A program made the position numbers and the translations under genes. A stretch of DNA of 64,000 nucleotides from Escherichia coli (lineage in GTDB: Bacteria; Pseudomonadota; Gammaproteobacteria; Enterobacterales; Enterobacteriaceae). Location: the NCBI RefSeq assembly GCF_050320075.1, contig NZ_CP190018.1; one strand, given 5' to 3'. The notes beneath the pieces were generated by a model, which saw nothing but the letters and a program-made list of their open reading frames with translations, searched no databases and had not been told where the DNA came from. Positions 27,681 through 37,279 of the stretch are shown here, piece after piece (positions within the stretch are counted from its first letter, which is position 1; each line of letters opens with the position of its first letter).

Positions 27681-29999
27681 ATGAAAATTAGCGACGGAAA
27701 CTGGTTGATTCAACCTGGCCTCAATTTGATTCACCCGCTTCAGGTGTTCGAGGTTGAACAGCAGGGTAATGAAATGGTGGTCTATGCTGCCCCTCGTGAT
27801 GTGCGTGAACGTACCTGGCAGCTTGATACGCCTTTATTTACGCTGCGCTTTTTCTCCCCACAGGAAGGTATTGTCGGTGTACGGATTGAGCATTTTCAGG
27901 GGGCGCTGAATAACGGTCCTCATTACCCGCTCAATATTTTGCAGGACGTGAAGGTCACAATCGAAAACACAGAACGTTACGCTGAGTTTAAAAGTGGCAA
28001 CTTAAGTGCGCGTGTCAGCAAAGGTGAGTTCTGGTCACTGGATTTTCTGCGTAACGGCGAACGTATTACCGGTAGTCAGGTGAAAAATAATGGCTACGTG
28101 CAGGACACGAATAATCAACGAAATTATATGTTTGAGCGGCTGGATCTTGGCGTTGGCGAAACAGTTTACGGTCTGGGAGAGCGCTTTACTGCGCTGGTGC
28201 GCAATGGCCAGACGGTAGAGACCTGGAACCGGGACGGCGGCACAAGTACTGAACAGGCGTATAAAAATATCCCGTTCTATATGACTAACCGTGGCTATGG
28301 GGTACTGGTCAATCATCCTCAATGCGTCTCTTTTGAAGTGGGATCGGAGAAAGTCTCCAAAGTGCAGTTCAGCGTTGAGAGTGAATATCTCGAATACTTT
28401 GTTATCGACGGCCCGACGCCGAAAGCGGTACTTGATCGTTATACCCGTTTTACTGGTCGTCCGGCGCTGCCGCCCGCGTGGTCCTTCGGCCTGTGGCTAA
28501 CCACTTCATTTACCACCAACTACGACGAAGCGACGGTAAACAGTTTTATCGATGGTATGGCGGAACGCAATCTGCCACTGCATGTTTTCCACTTTGACTG
28601 TTTCTGGATGAAAGCCTTCCAGTGGTGCGATTTTGAGTGGGACCCGCTGACTTTCCCGGACCCGGAAGGGATGATCCGCCGCCTGAAAGCGAAAGGGCTA
28701 AAAATCTGCGTCTGGATTAACCCCTATATCGGGCAAAAATCCCCTGTCTTTAAAGAGTTACAAGAGAAAGGCTATTTACTCAAACGCCCGGACGGTTCGT
28801 TATGGCAGTGGGATAAATGGCAGCCAGGTCTGGCGATTTATGACTTTACCAATCCGGATGCCTGCAAATGGTACGCCGACAAACTGAAAGGTCTGGTCGC
28901 GATGGGCGTTGATTGCTTTAAGACCGACTTTGGCGAACGTATTCCAACCGATGTTCAGTGGTTTGACGGTTCCGATCCGCAGAAAATGCATAACCATTAT
29001 GCGTACATCTACAACGAACTGGTGTGGAAAGTGCTCAAGGAAACCGTTGGCGAGGAAGAAGCCGTCTTGTTTGCTCGCTCGGCCTCCGTTGGTGCGCAGA
29101 AATTCCCGGTACACTGGGGTGGTGACTGTTACGCTAACTACGAATCAATGGCGGAAAGCCTGCGCGGTGGTTTGTCTATTGGCCTTTCAGGTTTTGGTTT
29201 CTGGAGCCACGATATCGGCGGCTTTGAGAATACCGCGCCGGCGCACGTTTACAAACGCTGGTGCGCGTTTGGTTTGCTCTCCAGCCATAGCCGTTTACAC
29301 GGCAGCAAATCTTATCGTGTGCCGTGGGCCTACGATGATGAGTCCTGTGATGTGGTGCGCTTCTTCACGCAACTGAAATGCCGCATGATGCCGTATCTGT
29401 ATCGTGAAGCTGCTCGTGCGAACGCGCGGGGTACGCCGATGATGCGGGCCATGATGATGGAGTTTCCGGACGATCCGGCTTGTGATTACCTTGACCGTCA
29501 ATACATGTTAGGCGACAACGTGATGGTTGCGCCTGTGTTCACTGAATCGGGCGATGTGCAGTTCTACTTGCCTGAAGGTCGCTGGACACACCTGTGGCAC
29601 AACGATGAACTCGATGGTAGTCGCTGGCATAAACAGCAGCACAGCTTCCTGAGTCTGCCCGTTTATGTGCGTGATAACACCCTACTGGCGCTGGGCAACA
29701 ACGAGCAACGTCCCGATTACGCGTGGCACGAAGGCACGGCATTCCAGCTCTTTAATCTACAAGACGGGCATGAAGCCATCTGTGAAGTGCCCGCTGCTGA
29801 CGGTTCCGTTCTTTTCACCCTGAAAGCGGCGCGTACTGGCAACACGATTACTGTGACTGGTGCGGGCGAGGCGAAGAACTGGACACTGTGCTTGCGCAAT
29901 ATTGTGAAAGTAAATGGTCTGCAAGGCGGTTCGCAGGCTGAAAGTGAGCAGGGACTGGTGGTGACTCCTCAAGGGAATGCGCTGACAATTACGTTGTAA
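27681..29999 (+). CDS. yicI: Family 31 glycoside hydrolase, alpha-xylosidase
   Basis: 772 aa; GH31 catalytic region (WINPY ... KTDFGERIP ... HWGGD). Confidence 0.9.
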   Translation: MKISDGNWLIQPGLNLIHPLQVFEVEQQGNEMVVYAAPRDVRERTWQLDTPLFTLRFFSPQEGIVGVRIEHFQGALNNGPHYPLNILQDVKVTIENTERYAEFKSGNLSARVSKGEFWSLDFLRNGERITGSQVKNNGYVQDTNNQRNYMFERLDLGVGETVYGLGERFTALVRNGQTVETWNRDGGTSTEQAYKNIPFYMTNRGYGVLVNHPQCVSFEVGSEKVSKVQFSVESEYLEYFVIDGPTPKAVLDRYTRFTGRPALPPAWSFGLWLTTSFTTNYDEATVNSFIDGMAERNLPLHVFHFDCFWMKAFQWCDFEWDPLTFPDPEGMIRRLKAKGLKICVWINPYIGQKSPVFKELQEKGYLLKRPDGSLWQWDKWQPGLAIYDFTNPDACKWYADKLKGLVAMGVDCFKTDFGERIPTDVQWFDGSDPQKMHNHYAYIYNELVWKVLKETVGEEEAVLFARSASVGAQKFPVHWGGDCYANYESMAESLRGGLSIGLSGFGFWSHDIGGFENTAPAHVYKRWCAFGLLSSHSRLHGSKSYRVPWAYDDESCDVVRFFTQLKCRMMPYLYREAARANARGTPMMRAMMMEFPDDPACDYLDRQYMLGDNVMVAPVFTESGDVQFYLPEGRWTHLWHNDELDGSRWHKQQHSFLSLPVYVRDNTLLALGNNEQRPDYAWHEGTAFQLFNLQDGHEAICEVPAADGSVLFTLKAARTGNTITVTGAGEAKNWTLCLRNIVKVNGLQGGSQAESEQGLVVTPQGNALTITL

Positions 30000-30013
30000 T
30001 CTATTGAAGAATG

Positions 30014-30044
30014 CCGGATACGAATGGTTTTGTGTCGTATCCGG
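30014..30044. terminator. Stem-loop (10-bp arms CCGGATACGA / TCGTATCCGG) just after yicI; possible terminator
   Basis: Inverted repeat read directly; not followed by a clear T-run. Confidence 0.35.
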
Positions 30045-30293
30045 TAAATAATCTCACATCTGGTAATAAATATTTCTTCCATCGTATTTGCGAGCATGAT
30101 CACGATTATTCATCACGAAAATGTGATCTGTGCCGAAAAATATCTATTAACCGCCCCGTTTTGTTTTATACATGTCCGGACTACGGACAGATTTTAGTAT
30201 TGTTGTGAAATTATTCTGCTTTATATTTACCCTCAGAGATGGCAACTGAAGCTCTTCCACATGGGGCTTCTTAATCTGTGATAAGGGTAAAAA

Positions 30294-31847
30294 ATGCAAA
30301 TGATTACCTCGCGACAAAACAGATTATTACGATTCCTTTTACCACGAAGGGAATATACGACTATTGTTACGATTGCCGGCTATTTAAATGTTTCGGAAAA
30401 AACCATTCAACGTGATTTACGTTTACTTGAGCAATGGCTGGAACAATGGCGAATAACCGTTGAGAAGCGTGCTGGCGCGGGTGTGATGTTAGACTCGAAG
30501 AATATTACTGATTTGCTGCATCTTGATCATTTGTTGGGAGCAGAATGTGAAGAGATTGATGGTGTAATGAATAATGCCAGGCGCGTTAAAATAGCGTCGC
30601 AGTTATTAAGTGAAACACCGAATGAAACGTCGATCAGTAAATTGTCAGAGCGCTATTTTATCAGTGGAGCCTCTATTGTTAATGACCTGAGAGTGATTGA
30701 GTCCTGGCTTGCGCCGTTGGGGTTATCATTGATCCGCAGCCCAAGTGGTACGCATATTGAAGGTAGTGAAGGGCAAGTCCGACAGGCAATGGCATTACTG
30801 ATTAACGGCATTATTAACCATAATGAGCCGCAAGGTGTCGTGTATTCACGTCTGGATCCCGGAAGTTATAAAGCATTAGTCCATTATTTTGGAGAAGAAG
30901 AGGTGTTATTTGTCCAGTCATTGTTACTGGATATGGAAAATGAATTAAGTTGGTCTTTGGGAGAGCCTTATTACGTTAACATTTTTACTCACATCCTTAT
31001 TATGATGTATCGCAACACGCACGGGAATGCGTTATCCAGAGAAGAAGATCAAACCAGGCAATATGATGAAAATATCTTTAATGTTGCCAGTCAGATGATT
31101 CATAAGATAGAACAACGAATTGCACATACATTGCCCGATGATGAAGTCTGGTTTATTTATCAATATATCATTTCATCAGGTGTGGCGATTGATGGACAAA
31201 AAGATGTGAGCATTATTTCACATATGCAGGCCAGCAATGAAGCGCGTCTGATTACCTGGCGTTTAATTACGGTATTCAGTGACATCGTGGACTGCGATTT
31301 TAGTGAAGACAGCGCATTATATGATGGCTTGTTGGTTCATATTAAGCCGCTGATTAACCGACTAAATTATCGCATTCATATCCGTAATCCATTGCTGGAA
31401 GATATTAAAGCAGAATTAGCGGATGTCTGGCGGTTGACGCAATATGTGGTGAATCAGGTATTTAAAACCTGGGGTGAGAATGCAGTGAGCGAGGATGAAG
31501 TAGGTTACCTGACCGTTCATTTTCAGGCTGCGATGGAGCGGCAAATTGCCCGTAAACGTGTATTACTGGTCTGTTCAACCGGAATCGGAACTTCGCATCT
31601 ACTGAAAAGCCGTATTCTGCGAGCATTTCCTGAATGGACGATTGTTGATGTTATTTCAGCAGCGAATTTATCACAGGTTTTGCCTGACAATATCGAACTG
31701 ATTATTTCGACCATTAATTTGCCTACAGTCACTATGCCGGTCGCTTATGTTACCGCTTTTTTTAATGATGCCGATATTAAGCGGGTCACTGAAATGGTGA
31801 TTACGGAAAAATTACATCATGCGACATCTCGGGTCGTTGAAATTTAA
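30294..31847 (+). CDS. PRD-domain transcriptional regulator (BglG/LicR/MtlR-like: N-terminal HTH, PRD region, C-terminal EIIB-like domain)
   Basis: 517 aa; HTH (TIVTIAGYLNVSEKTIQRDLRLLEQ) and C-terminal KRVLLVCSTGIGTSHLL EIIB-like motif. Confidence 0.75.
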   Translation: MQMITSRQNRLLRFLLPRREYTTIVTIAGYLNVSEKTIQRDLRLLEQWLEQWRITVEKRAGAGVMLDSKNITDLLHLDHLLGAECEEIDGVMNNARRVKIASQLLSETPNETSISKLSERYFISGASIVNDLRVIESWLAPLGLSLIRSPSGTHIEGSEGQVRQAMALLINGIINHNEPQGVVYSRLDPGSYKALVHYFGEEEVLFVQSLLLDMENELSWSLGEPYYVNIFTHILIMMYRNTHGNALSREEDQTRQYDENIFNVASQMIHKIEQRIAHTLPDDEVWFIYQYIISSGVAIDGQKDVSIISHMQASNEARLITWRLITVFSDIVDCDFSEDSALYDGLLVHIKPLINRLNYRIHIRNPLLEDIKAELADVWRLTQYVVNQVFKTWGENAVSEDEVGYLTVHFQAAMERQIARKRVLLVCSTGIGTSHLLKSRILRAFPEWTIVDVISAANLSQVLPDNIELIISTINLPTVTMPVAYVTAFFNDADIKRVTEMVITEKLHHATSRVVEI

Positions 31848-31873
31848 TGTCAGAATTTTATGAGGTATGACGA

Positions 31874-32344
31874 ATGGACATAACAAAAATCCTGAATACG
31901 AATCGCGTTATTTTAGATATGCAAGCGACGAATAAAGCGGAGGCGATTGAAGAATTAACTAATCTTCTCAAAAAAGATGGTGCGATCGATTGTCGGGAAA
32001 CCTTTATTAAAGATGTCTGGCAGCGCGAAGCGGAAGGCTCGACTGGTTTTGAAAATCATATTGCGATCCCGCATGGTAAATCTTCTGCGGTAATTAATAC
32101 CACGCTGGCTATCGGGCGTACCCGGCAGGATATTCCCTGGGAAACACTGGATGGCAGTAGCGTACGCTGTATTATTTTATTTGCGGTACGTCTTGAAGAT
32201 CAAAATACCACTCATATCCGTTTACTTTCCCAGGTCGCGGGCGCGCTTGCAGATGATGACATCATAGCGCAATTGCTGGTTGAGACGAGCCCGCAAAAAA
32301 TCATTGATCTCTTTAGTCAGTATGCACAATCCGATGTCTACTAA
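31874..32344 (+). CDS. PTS EIIA component, fructose/mannitol (EIIA-2) family
   Basis: 156 aa; conserved HIAIPHGK histidine motif. Confidence 0.8.
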   Translation: MDITKILNTNRVILDMQATNKAEAIEELTNLLKKDGAIDCRETFIKDVWQREAEGSTGFENHIAIPHGKSSAVINTTLAIGRTRQDIPWETLDGSSVRCIILFAVRLEDQNTTHIRLLSQVAGALADDDIIAQLLVETSPQKIIDLFSQYAQSDVY

Positions 32345-32361
32345 ATAACAGGGAGTATATC

Positions 32362-32676
32362 ATGAATATTGTCTGTGTTGCCGCCTGCACGGCGGGTATT
32401 GCTCACACCTATATTGCTCGTGAAAAGTTAATTAAAGGGGCAAAAGCACTGGGCCACACCATTAAAGTTGAAACCCAGGGAACCATTGGTACAGAAAACG
32501 AATTACAGGCGGCAGAGATCTCTGCTGCTGACGTCGTGATTCTTGCTGTGGATGTGAAAATAAAAGGAGAAGAACGTTTTACCAATAAACGCATTGTGCG
32601 AGTAAAGACAGAGATCGTCATTAAATCGCCCGTTCAATTTCTTGAAAAGGTCGAAAAATCACTGGGAAATAAATGA
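32362..32676 (+). CDS. PTS EIIB component, fructose type
   Basis: 104 aa; active-site cysteine context VAACTAGIAHTYIA. Confidence 0.8.
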   Translation: MNIVCVAACTAGIAHTYIAREKLIKGAKALGHTIKVETQGTIGTENELQAAEISAADVVILAVDVKIKGEERFTNKRIVRVKTEIVIKSPVQFLEKVEKSLGNK

Positions 32677-32700
32677 TCCTTATACTGGAGGGATCTTAAT

Positions 32701-33792
32701 ATGAAAGAAAATAAAATTCCGGTTTCACAGGAAATTAAAAAACATTTATTAACCGGCATCTCGTGGATGATACCCCTTATTGTGGCCGCCGGGATATGTA
32801 TTGCGTTGGGGCAAGTTCTTGGCGGTACAGATGTTGGTGAAAAAACAGGAACAATCCCGTGGATGCTTAATCAGATTGGCGGCTGGGGAATGGGGCTGAT
32901 TGTGCCGCTGATTAGCGCGGCAATTGCCTATTCTATTGCCGATCGTCCCGGATTTGCCCCGGGCCTGATTGTCGGCTTTCTCTGTGGGCAAATCCATACC
33001 GGATTTATTGGCGGTATGTTGGGTGGTTTCCTGGTGGGCTACACCATTTTGCTACTTAAACGCTATATTCGCCTGCCGCAGTCGATGCAAGGACTCATGC
33101 CAATCATGGTGTTACCGGTATTGAGCACCATTATTGGTGGTCTGTTAATGATGACGCTGATTGGTAAACCCATCGCCTGGTTACAAGAAGCACTGATTCA
33201 TTTGCTCGAGTCGATGCAGGGCGGATCGCGCTTCCTGATGGGGGCCATACTTGGCGCGATGGCAACCTTCGATTTCGGTGGTCCGGTCAACAAAACCATG
33301 TCGCTGTTTTCCGATGGCTTGCTGGTCAGTGGCGTCTACGGACCAGAAGCCGTGAAATTTGTCGGCTCAATCATCCCTCCGTTTGGCATCACACTTTCGT
33401 TCTTACTGACACGCCATAAATACACCCGTGCGGAGCGCGAGGCGCTGAAAGCCGCGTTTCCGATGGGGATCTGCATGATCACTGAAGGAGTCATTCCGAT
33501 CGCCGCGCGTGACCTGTTGCGAGTAGTGGGATCTTGTGTGGTGGCATCGGCGGTCGCGGGCGGCTTAATCATGGTGTGGGGCGTGGAGAGTCCGGTTCCA
33601 CATGGCGGCATGTTTGTTGTGCCTCTGTTCACCCATCCTCTGCTGTTTTGCCTGGCGCTGGGTATAGGCACGGTGATTTGTGGCGTGATGCTTTCACTCT
33701 GGAAGAAACCGGTAACGGAACGCGACGAAGAGTTTGACGAACTGAGCGATCAAAAGCTGAAAGATGAAGAGATCACTTTCACCCTCGAATAA
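32701..33792 (+). CDS. PTS EIIC permease, fructose-like family
   Basis: 363 aa polytopic membrane protein directly after EIIA/EIIB. Confidence 0.8.
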   Translation: MKENKIPVSQEIKKHLLTGISWMIPLIVAAGICIALGQVLGGTDVGEKTGTIPWMLNQIGGWGMGLIVPLISAAIAYSIADRPGFAPGLIVGFLCGQIHTGFIGGMLGGFLVGYTILLLKRYIRLPQSMQGLMPIMVLPVLSTIIGGLLMMTLIGKPIAWLQEALIHLLESMQGGSRFLMGAILGAMATFDFGGPVNKTMSLFSDGLLVSGVYGPEAVKFVGSIIPPFGITLSFLLTRHKYTRAEREALKAAFPMGICMITEGVIPIAARDLLRVVGSCVVASAVAGGLIMVWGVESPVPHGGMFVVPLFTHPLLFCLALGIGTVICGVMLSLWKKPVTERDEEFDELSDQKLKDEEITFTLE

Positions 33793-33803
33793 CCGGAGGC
33801 CCT

Positions 33804-34655
33804 ATGTTTGCCGATATGAAAAGTATGGTGATGAAAGCCTGGCATGAACATTACGCCTTGCTGGCGATCAACTGTATGAATCTGGAAAGTGCTCACGCAG
33901 CTATCCGCGTGGCGGAGAAGAATCGCGCTCCGATCATTCTCAATCTCTATCAGGGGCATCTGGCGCATTTTCCTGCACCCGTCGCGGCGGCAGTGGTTAA
34001 AACGCTCGCGGAATCTGCCTCAGTACCGGTCGCTCTGGCGCTTGATCATGGCAAAAATCCGGACTGTATTCGTCAGGCGTTTCGTGCTGGTTTCAGCGGA
34101 TTAATGATTGATGCTTCTGCTTTTCCCCTGGAGGAAAACGTGCGCCAGACCAGGGCGGTGGTGGAACTCGCCGCCAGCGCGCAGCTCTGCGTGGAAGGCG
34201 AACTGGGCCATCTGGCAGATGCGCCGCGTTACGACCAGGCCGCCAATGCAGACCTGATGACGCAACCCACTGATGTGGAACCGTTTATCGCGCAGACAGG
34301 CATTGATCTACTGGCCGTCTCGGTAGGCACGGCGCACGGCATGTACGCGCCTGGTGTTGTACCTGCTATTGATTTTCAGCGTCTGGCGGAGATTTTCCAC
34401 TGCTCGAGCGTGCCTCTGGCATTACATGGCGGTAGCGGTACGCCGTTCGATCAGCTCCAGCTCTGTACGACGCTGGGGGTAGCAAAAATCAACGTGGGGG
34501 CGGCCATTTTTGAACGGGGGAAATCCGCGCTCCTGCATACCCTCTGTCACGATATATCCATTGAACTGGTGGACGCGCTGAAAGCTATGGAACTGGCCTT
34601 CGAAGAAGCGATTACACCGTATTTACAGGCGAGCGGCTCTATAGGCAAAGCCTGA
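33804..34655 (+). CDS. Class II (metal-dependent) ketose-bisphosphate aldolase family protein, paralogue 1
   Basis: 283 aa; LALDHGK and LHGGSG blocks typical of FbaA/GatY/KbaY-type aldolases. Confidence 0.75.
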   Translation: MFADMKSMVMKAWHEHYALLAINCMNLESAHAAIRVAEKNRAPIILNLYQGHLAHFPAPVAAAVVKTLAESASVPVALALDHGKNPDCIRQAFRAGFSGLMIDASAFPLEENVRQTRAVVELAASAQLCVEGELGHLADAPRYDQAANADLMTQPTDVEPFIAQTGIDLLAVSVGTAHGMYAPGVVPAIDFQRLAEIFHCSSVPLALHGGSGTPFDQLQLCTTLGVAKINVGAAIFERGKSALLHTLCHDISIELVDALKAMELAFEEAITPYLQASGSIGKA

Positions 34656-34735
34656 TTCATTTTCTGTCATGGCCTTTATGCCAGTGCAATAACGCACCGG
34701 CAGGGCGGACTACACGCTGAAACTGGAGATTTAAC

Positions 34736-35596
34736 ATGTTAGTTTCGATGAAAGAATTACTGCAACCTACCCGCCAGCACGGCTTTGCCATTGGCGCATT
34801 TAATGTGGCGGATAACTGTTTCCTTCGCGCAGTCGTGGATGAAGCAGAAGCGACAAATACTCCGACGATTATTGCCATCCATCCCAGCGAACATGATTTT
34901 GTGGGCGATGCCTTTTTCGCTCACGTTCGCGAAATTACCCAGCGTAGTCCGGTCCCGTTTGTACTGCACCTCGATCATGGTGCCTCTGTAGAGCATGTTT
35001 TGCGTGCGATTCGCTGCGGATTTACCTCAGTAATGATCGACGGTTCGCTGCTGCCGTATGAAGAAAACGTGGCGCTGACCGCAGAAGTGGTTCGCCTCGC
35101 TCACGCGGTTGGAGTGTCGGTTGAGGGTGAACTGGGAACCATCGGACAAACAGGAACGTCGGTAGAAGGTGGTGTTTCACAAGTGACCTACACAGATCCG
35201 GCGCAGGCCGCCGATTTTATTGCTCGTACAGGTGCCGACACACTGGCTGTGGCGATTGGTACAGCGCATGGCATCTATCCAAAAGGGATGCAGCCGAAGC
35301 TGCAAATGGACATTTTGCGCGACATTGCCGGGCGCATTGATATTCCATTGGTGTTGCACGGTGGTTCGGCAAATCCGGACGCGGAGATTGCTGAATCAGT
35401 TACGCTCGGCGTTGGCAAAATCAATATCTCCAGCGATATGAAATACGCCTATTTCCAGAAAGTGCGTGAAATTCTCGCCAAAGAGAGCTGGTGGGATCCG
35501 AACGTCATCTATCCGGATGCGATTAACGCGGCGCGGGAAGTCATTCGCCACAAAATGAAACTGTTCGGTTCGCTCGGTAAAGCATCACTGTACTAA
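34736..35596 (+). CDS. Class II (metal-dependent) ketose-bisphosphate aldolase family protein, paralogue 2
   Basis: 286 aa; LHLDHGAS, GELG, AIGTAHG, LVLHGGSA blocks. Confidence 0.8.
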   Translation: MLVSMKELLQPTRQHGFAIGAFNVADNCFLRAVVDEAEATNTPTIIAIHPSEHDFVGDAFFAHVREITQRSPVPFVLHLDHGASVEHVLRAIRCGFTSVMIDGSLLPYEENVALTAEVVRLAHAVGVSVEGELGTIGQTGTSVEGGVSQVTYTDPAQAADFIARTGADTLAVAIGTAHGIYPKGMQPKLQMDILRDIAGRIDIPLVLHGGSANPDAEIAESVTLGVGKINISSDMKYAYFQKVREILAKESWWDPNVIYPDAINAAREVIRHKMKLFGSLGKASLY

Positions 35597-35643
35597 GCCA
35601 GAAGGGCGGGATGACCCGCCTTTTACGCAACAAGGAACGAGAT

Positions 35644-36576
35644 ATGCACTATCTGGGGTTGGATATTGGTGGGACCAAAATCGCCGCCGTCGTCATGGAT
35701 GCGCATGGCTGGGAGATTCGCCGTTACCGCTGCCCGACGCAAAAGTCGACATATCAACAATTTGTCTCATGCGTTGTGGCGCTTATCGAGCAGATTAGGC
35801 GGGACGTTCAACGACCGATGCTGACAGGGGTCGCCTTACCCGGCAGTATCTCGCCACTCACTGGCCTGATTAAAAACGCGAATATTCAGGTGATTAACGG
35901 TCATGCGTTACAGGCTGATTTGCAGCAATTGCTTGGGCAACCGGTGGTGATAGCCAATGATGGTAACTGTTTCGCGCTATCAGAAGCTTGCGACGGTGCC
36001 GGGCAAGATTATGACGTAGTATTTGGTATTACGCTTGGTACAGGCTGCGGCGGTGGCATTGCCATCAAGCAACGACCGTTTATAGGGGCCTGGGGAAATG
36101 CTGCCGAATGCGGTCATATCACGTTGCCAGGCTATATGGAGCAGGAAGATGGTCCATCAGTCAGTTGCTATTGCGGCAAACACAACTGCGTGGAGTCGTT
36201 TGTTTCCGGCAGCGGTTTTAGTGAACGCTATCAACAGATGACTGGTAACTTGCTCACTCCTGCGGCGATTGTCACCCTGGCACAACGTGGTGATGCTTGT
36301 GCCATGCAGCAGGTGGCACGTTTTCGCCAACAGCTTGCCCGCACGCTGGCAACCATCGTTAACGTTGTTGACCCTGGCGTGATTGTCATCGGCGGCGGGC
36401 TTTCGAATGTGGAACTGCTTATCACCGATCTGAACGCAGAAGTCGCTCCACTGGTTTTCACCGATCAATTCACCACTCCCATTGTAAAAGCACAGCACGG
36501 CGACAGTAGCGGAATGCGTGGCGCTGCCTGGCTTGCTATGCGCAACGGAGAAGCCAATGAAACGTTCACAAATTAA
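35644..36576 (+). CDS. ROK-family sugar kinase
   Basis: LGLDIGGTKIA N-terminal ATP motif and ROK zinc motif CYCGKHNCVESFVSG. Start placed at MHYLGLDIGG; the ORF track starts 11 codons earlier at 35611. Confidence 0.75.
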   Translation: MHYLGLDIGGTKIAAVVMDAHGWEIRRYRCPTQKSTYQQFVSCVVALIEQIRRDVQRPMLTGVALPGSISPLTGLIKNANIQVINGHALQADLQQLLGQPVVIANDGNCFALSEACDGAGQDYDVVFGITLGTGCGGGIAIKQRPFIGAWGNAAECGHITLPGYMEQEDGPSVSCYCGKHNCVESFVSGSGFSERYQQMTGNLLTPAAIVTLAQRGDACAMQQVARFRQQLARTLATIVNVVDPGVIVIGGGLSNVELLITDLNAEVAPLVFTDQFTTPIVKAQHGDSSGMRGAAWLAMRNGEANETFTN

Positions 36577-37237
36577 TTATGTTATTGATAAAGCACATGC
36601 CATTGCGCAGACCTTCCGCGTTTGTTTGCCAGAGTTCGCCTATTTTACGGTGGATGACTGGCTGCAGCGGGAACGGGATAACTGGCAAGAAGTGGTCGAC
36701 TTACAGCTCGGTTGGGATATCACCGATTTTGGTCGTGGTGATTTCAACCAAACGGGACTAACACTGCTAACGATGCGCAACGGCGCGCTGGGGGCGGCGG
36801 CATATCCAAAACCGTATGCTGAGAAAATGTTGCAGATCCAACAAGATCAGCAGACTCCCTGGCATTTTCACACCCACAAAATGGAAGATATCCTCAATCG
36901 GGGCGGTGGAGACTTATGCATGCAGTTGGCCTGGGCCAACGAAGCCAATCTCTGTGATGATCAGCGGGTTATTACCGTGAGTGTTGATGGTCAGCGGCGT
37001 GCCGTGAAACCTGGTGAAACGCTGGTGCTAAAGCCGGGGCAGGGCATTTGCCTGCCGCCGCGTCTGTATCATCGCTTCTGGGCGGAAAAAGCGTTTGTTC
37101 TCGGCTGGGAAATTTCGATGGTAAATGATGACCAACATGATAACCATTTTCTTGAGCCGGGAGGACGTTTTCCGGCGATAGAAGAAGATGAACCGGTGAA
37201 ATGGTTATTGTGTAGTGAGTATGCTGTTTTGCGGTAA
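36557..37237 (+). CDS. Cupin-type sugar isomerase-like protein (D-lyxose/mannose ketol-isomerase-like), tentative
   Basis: About 226 aa from MKRSQINYV; His-rich WHFHTHKMEDI metal-site-like motif. Start overlaps the ROK kinase 3' end by 20 nt. Family call is tentative. Confidence 0.45.
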   Translation: MKRSQINYVIDKAHAIAQTFRVCLPEFAYFTVDDWLQRERDNWQEVVDLQLGWDITDFGRGDFNQTGLTLLTMRNGALGAAAYPKPYAEKMLQIQQDQQTPWHFHTHKMEDILNRGGGDLCMQLAWANEANLCDDQRVITVSVDGQRRAVKPGETLVLKPGQGICLPPRLYHRFWAEKAFVLGWEISMVNDDQHDNHFLEPGGRFPAIEEDEPVKWLLCSEYAVLR

Positions 37238-37279
37238 TAGCGGGGACGCTAACGTTGATATCCGTTAGCGCCCGCGTAT

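Noticed and set aside
30011-30208. 65-aa ORF in the yicI to PRD-regulator intergenic region.
   Set aside because: Lies in a promoter/terminator-containing spacer; no RBS; more likely regulatory DNA.
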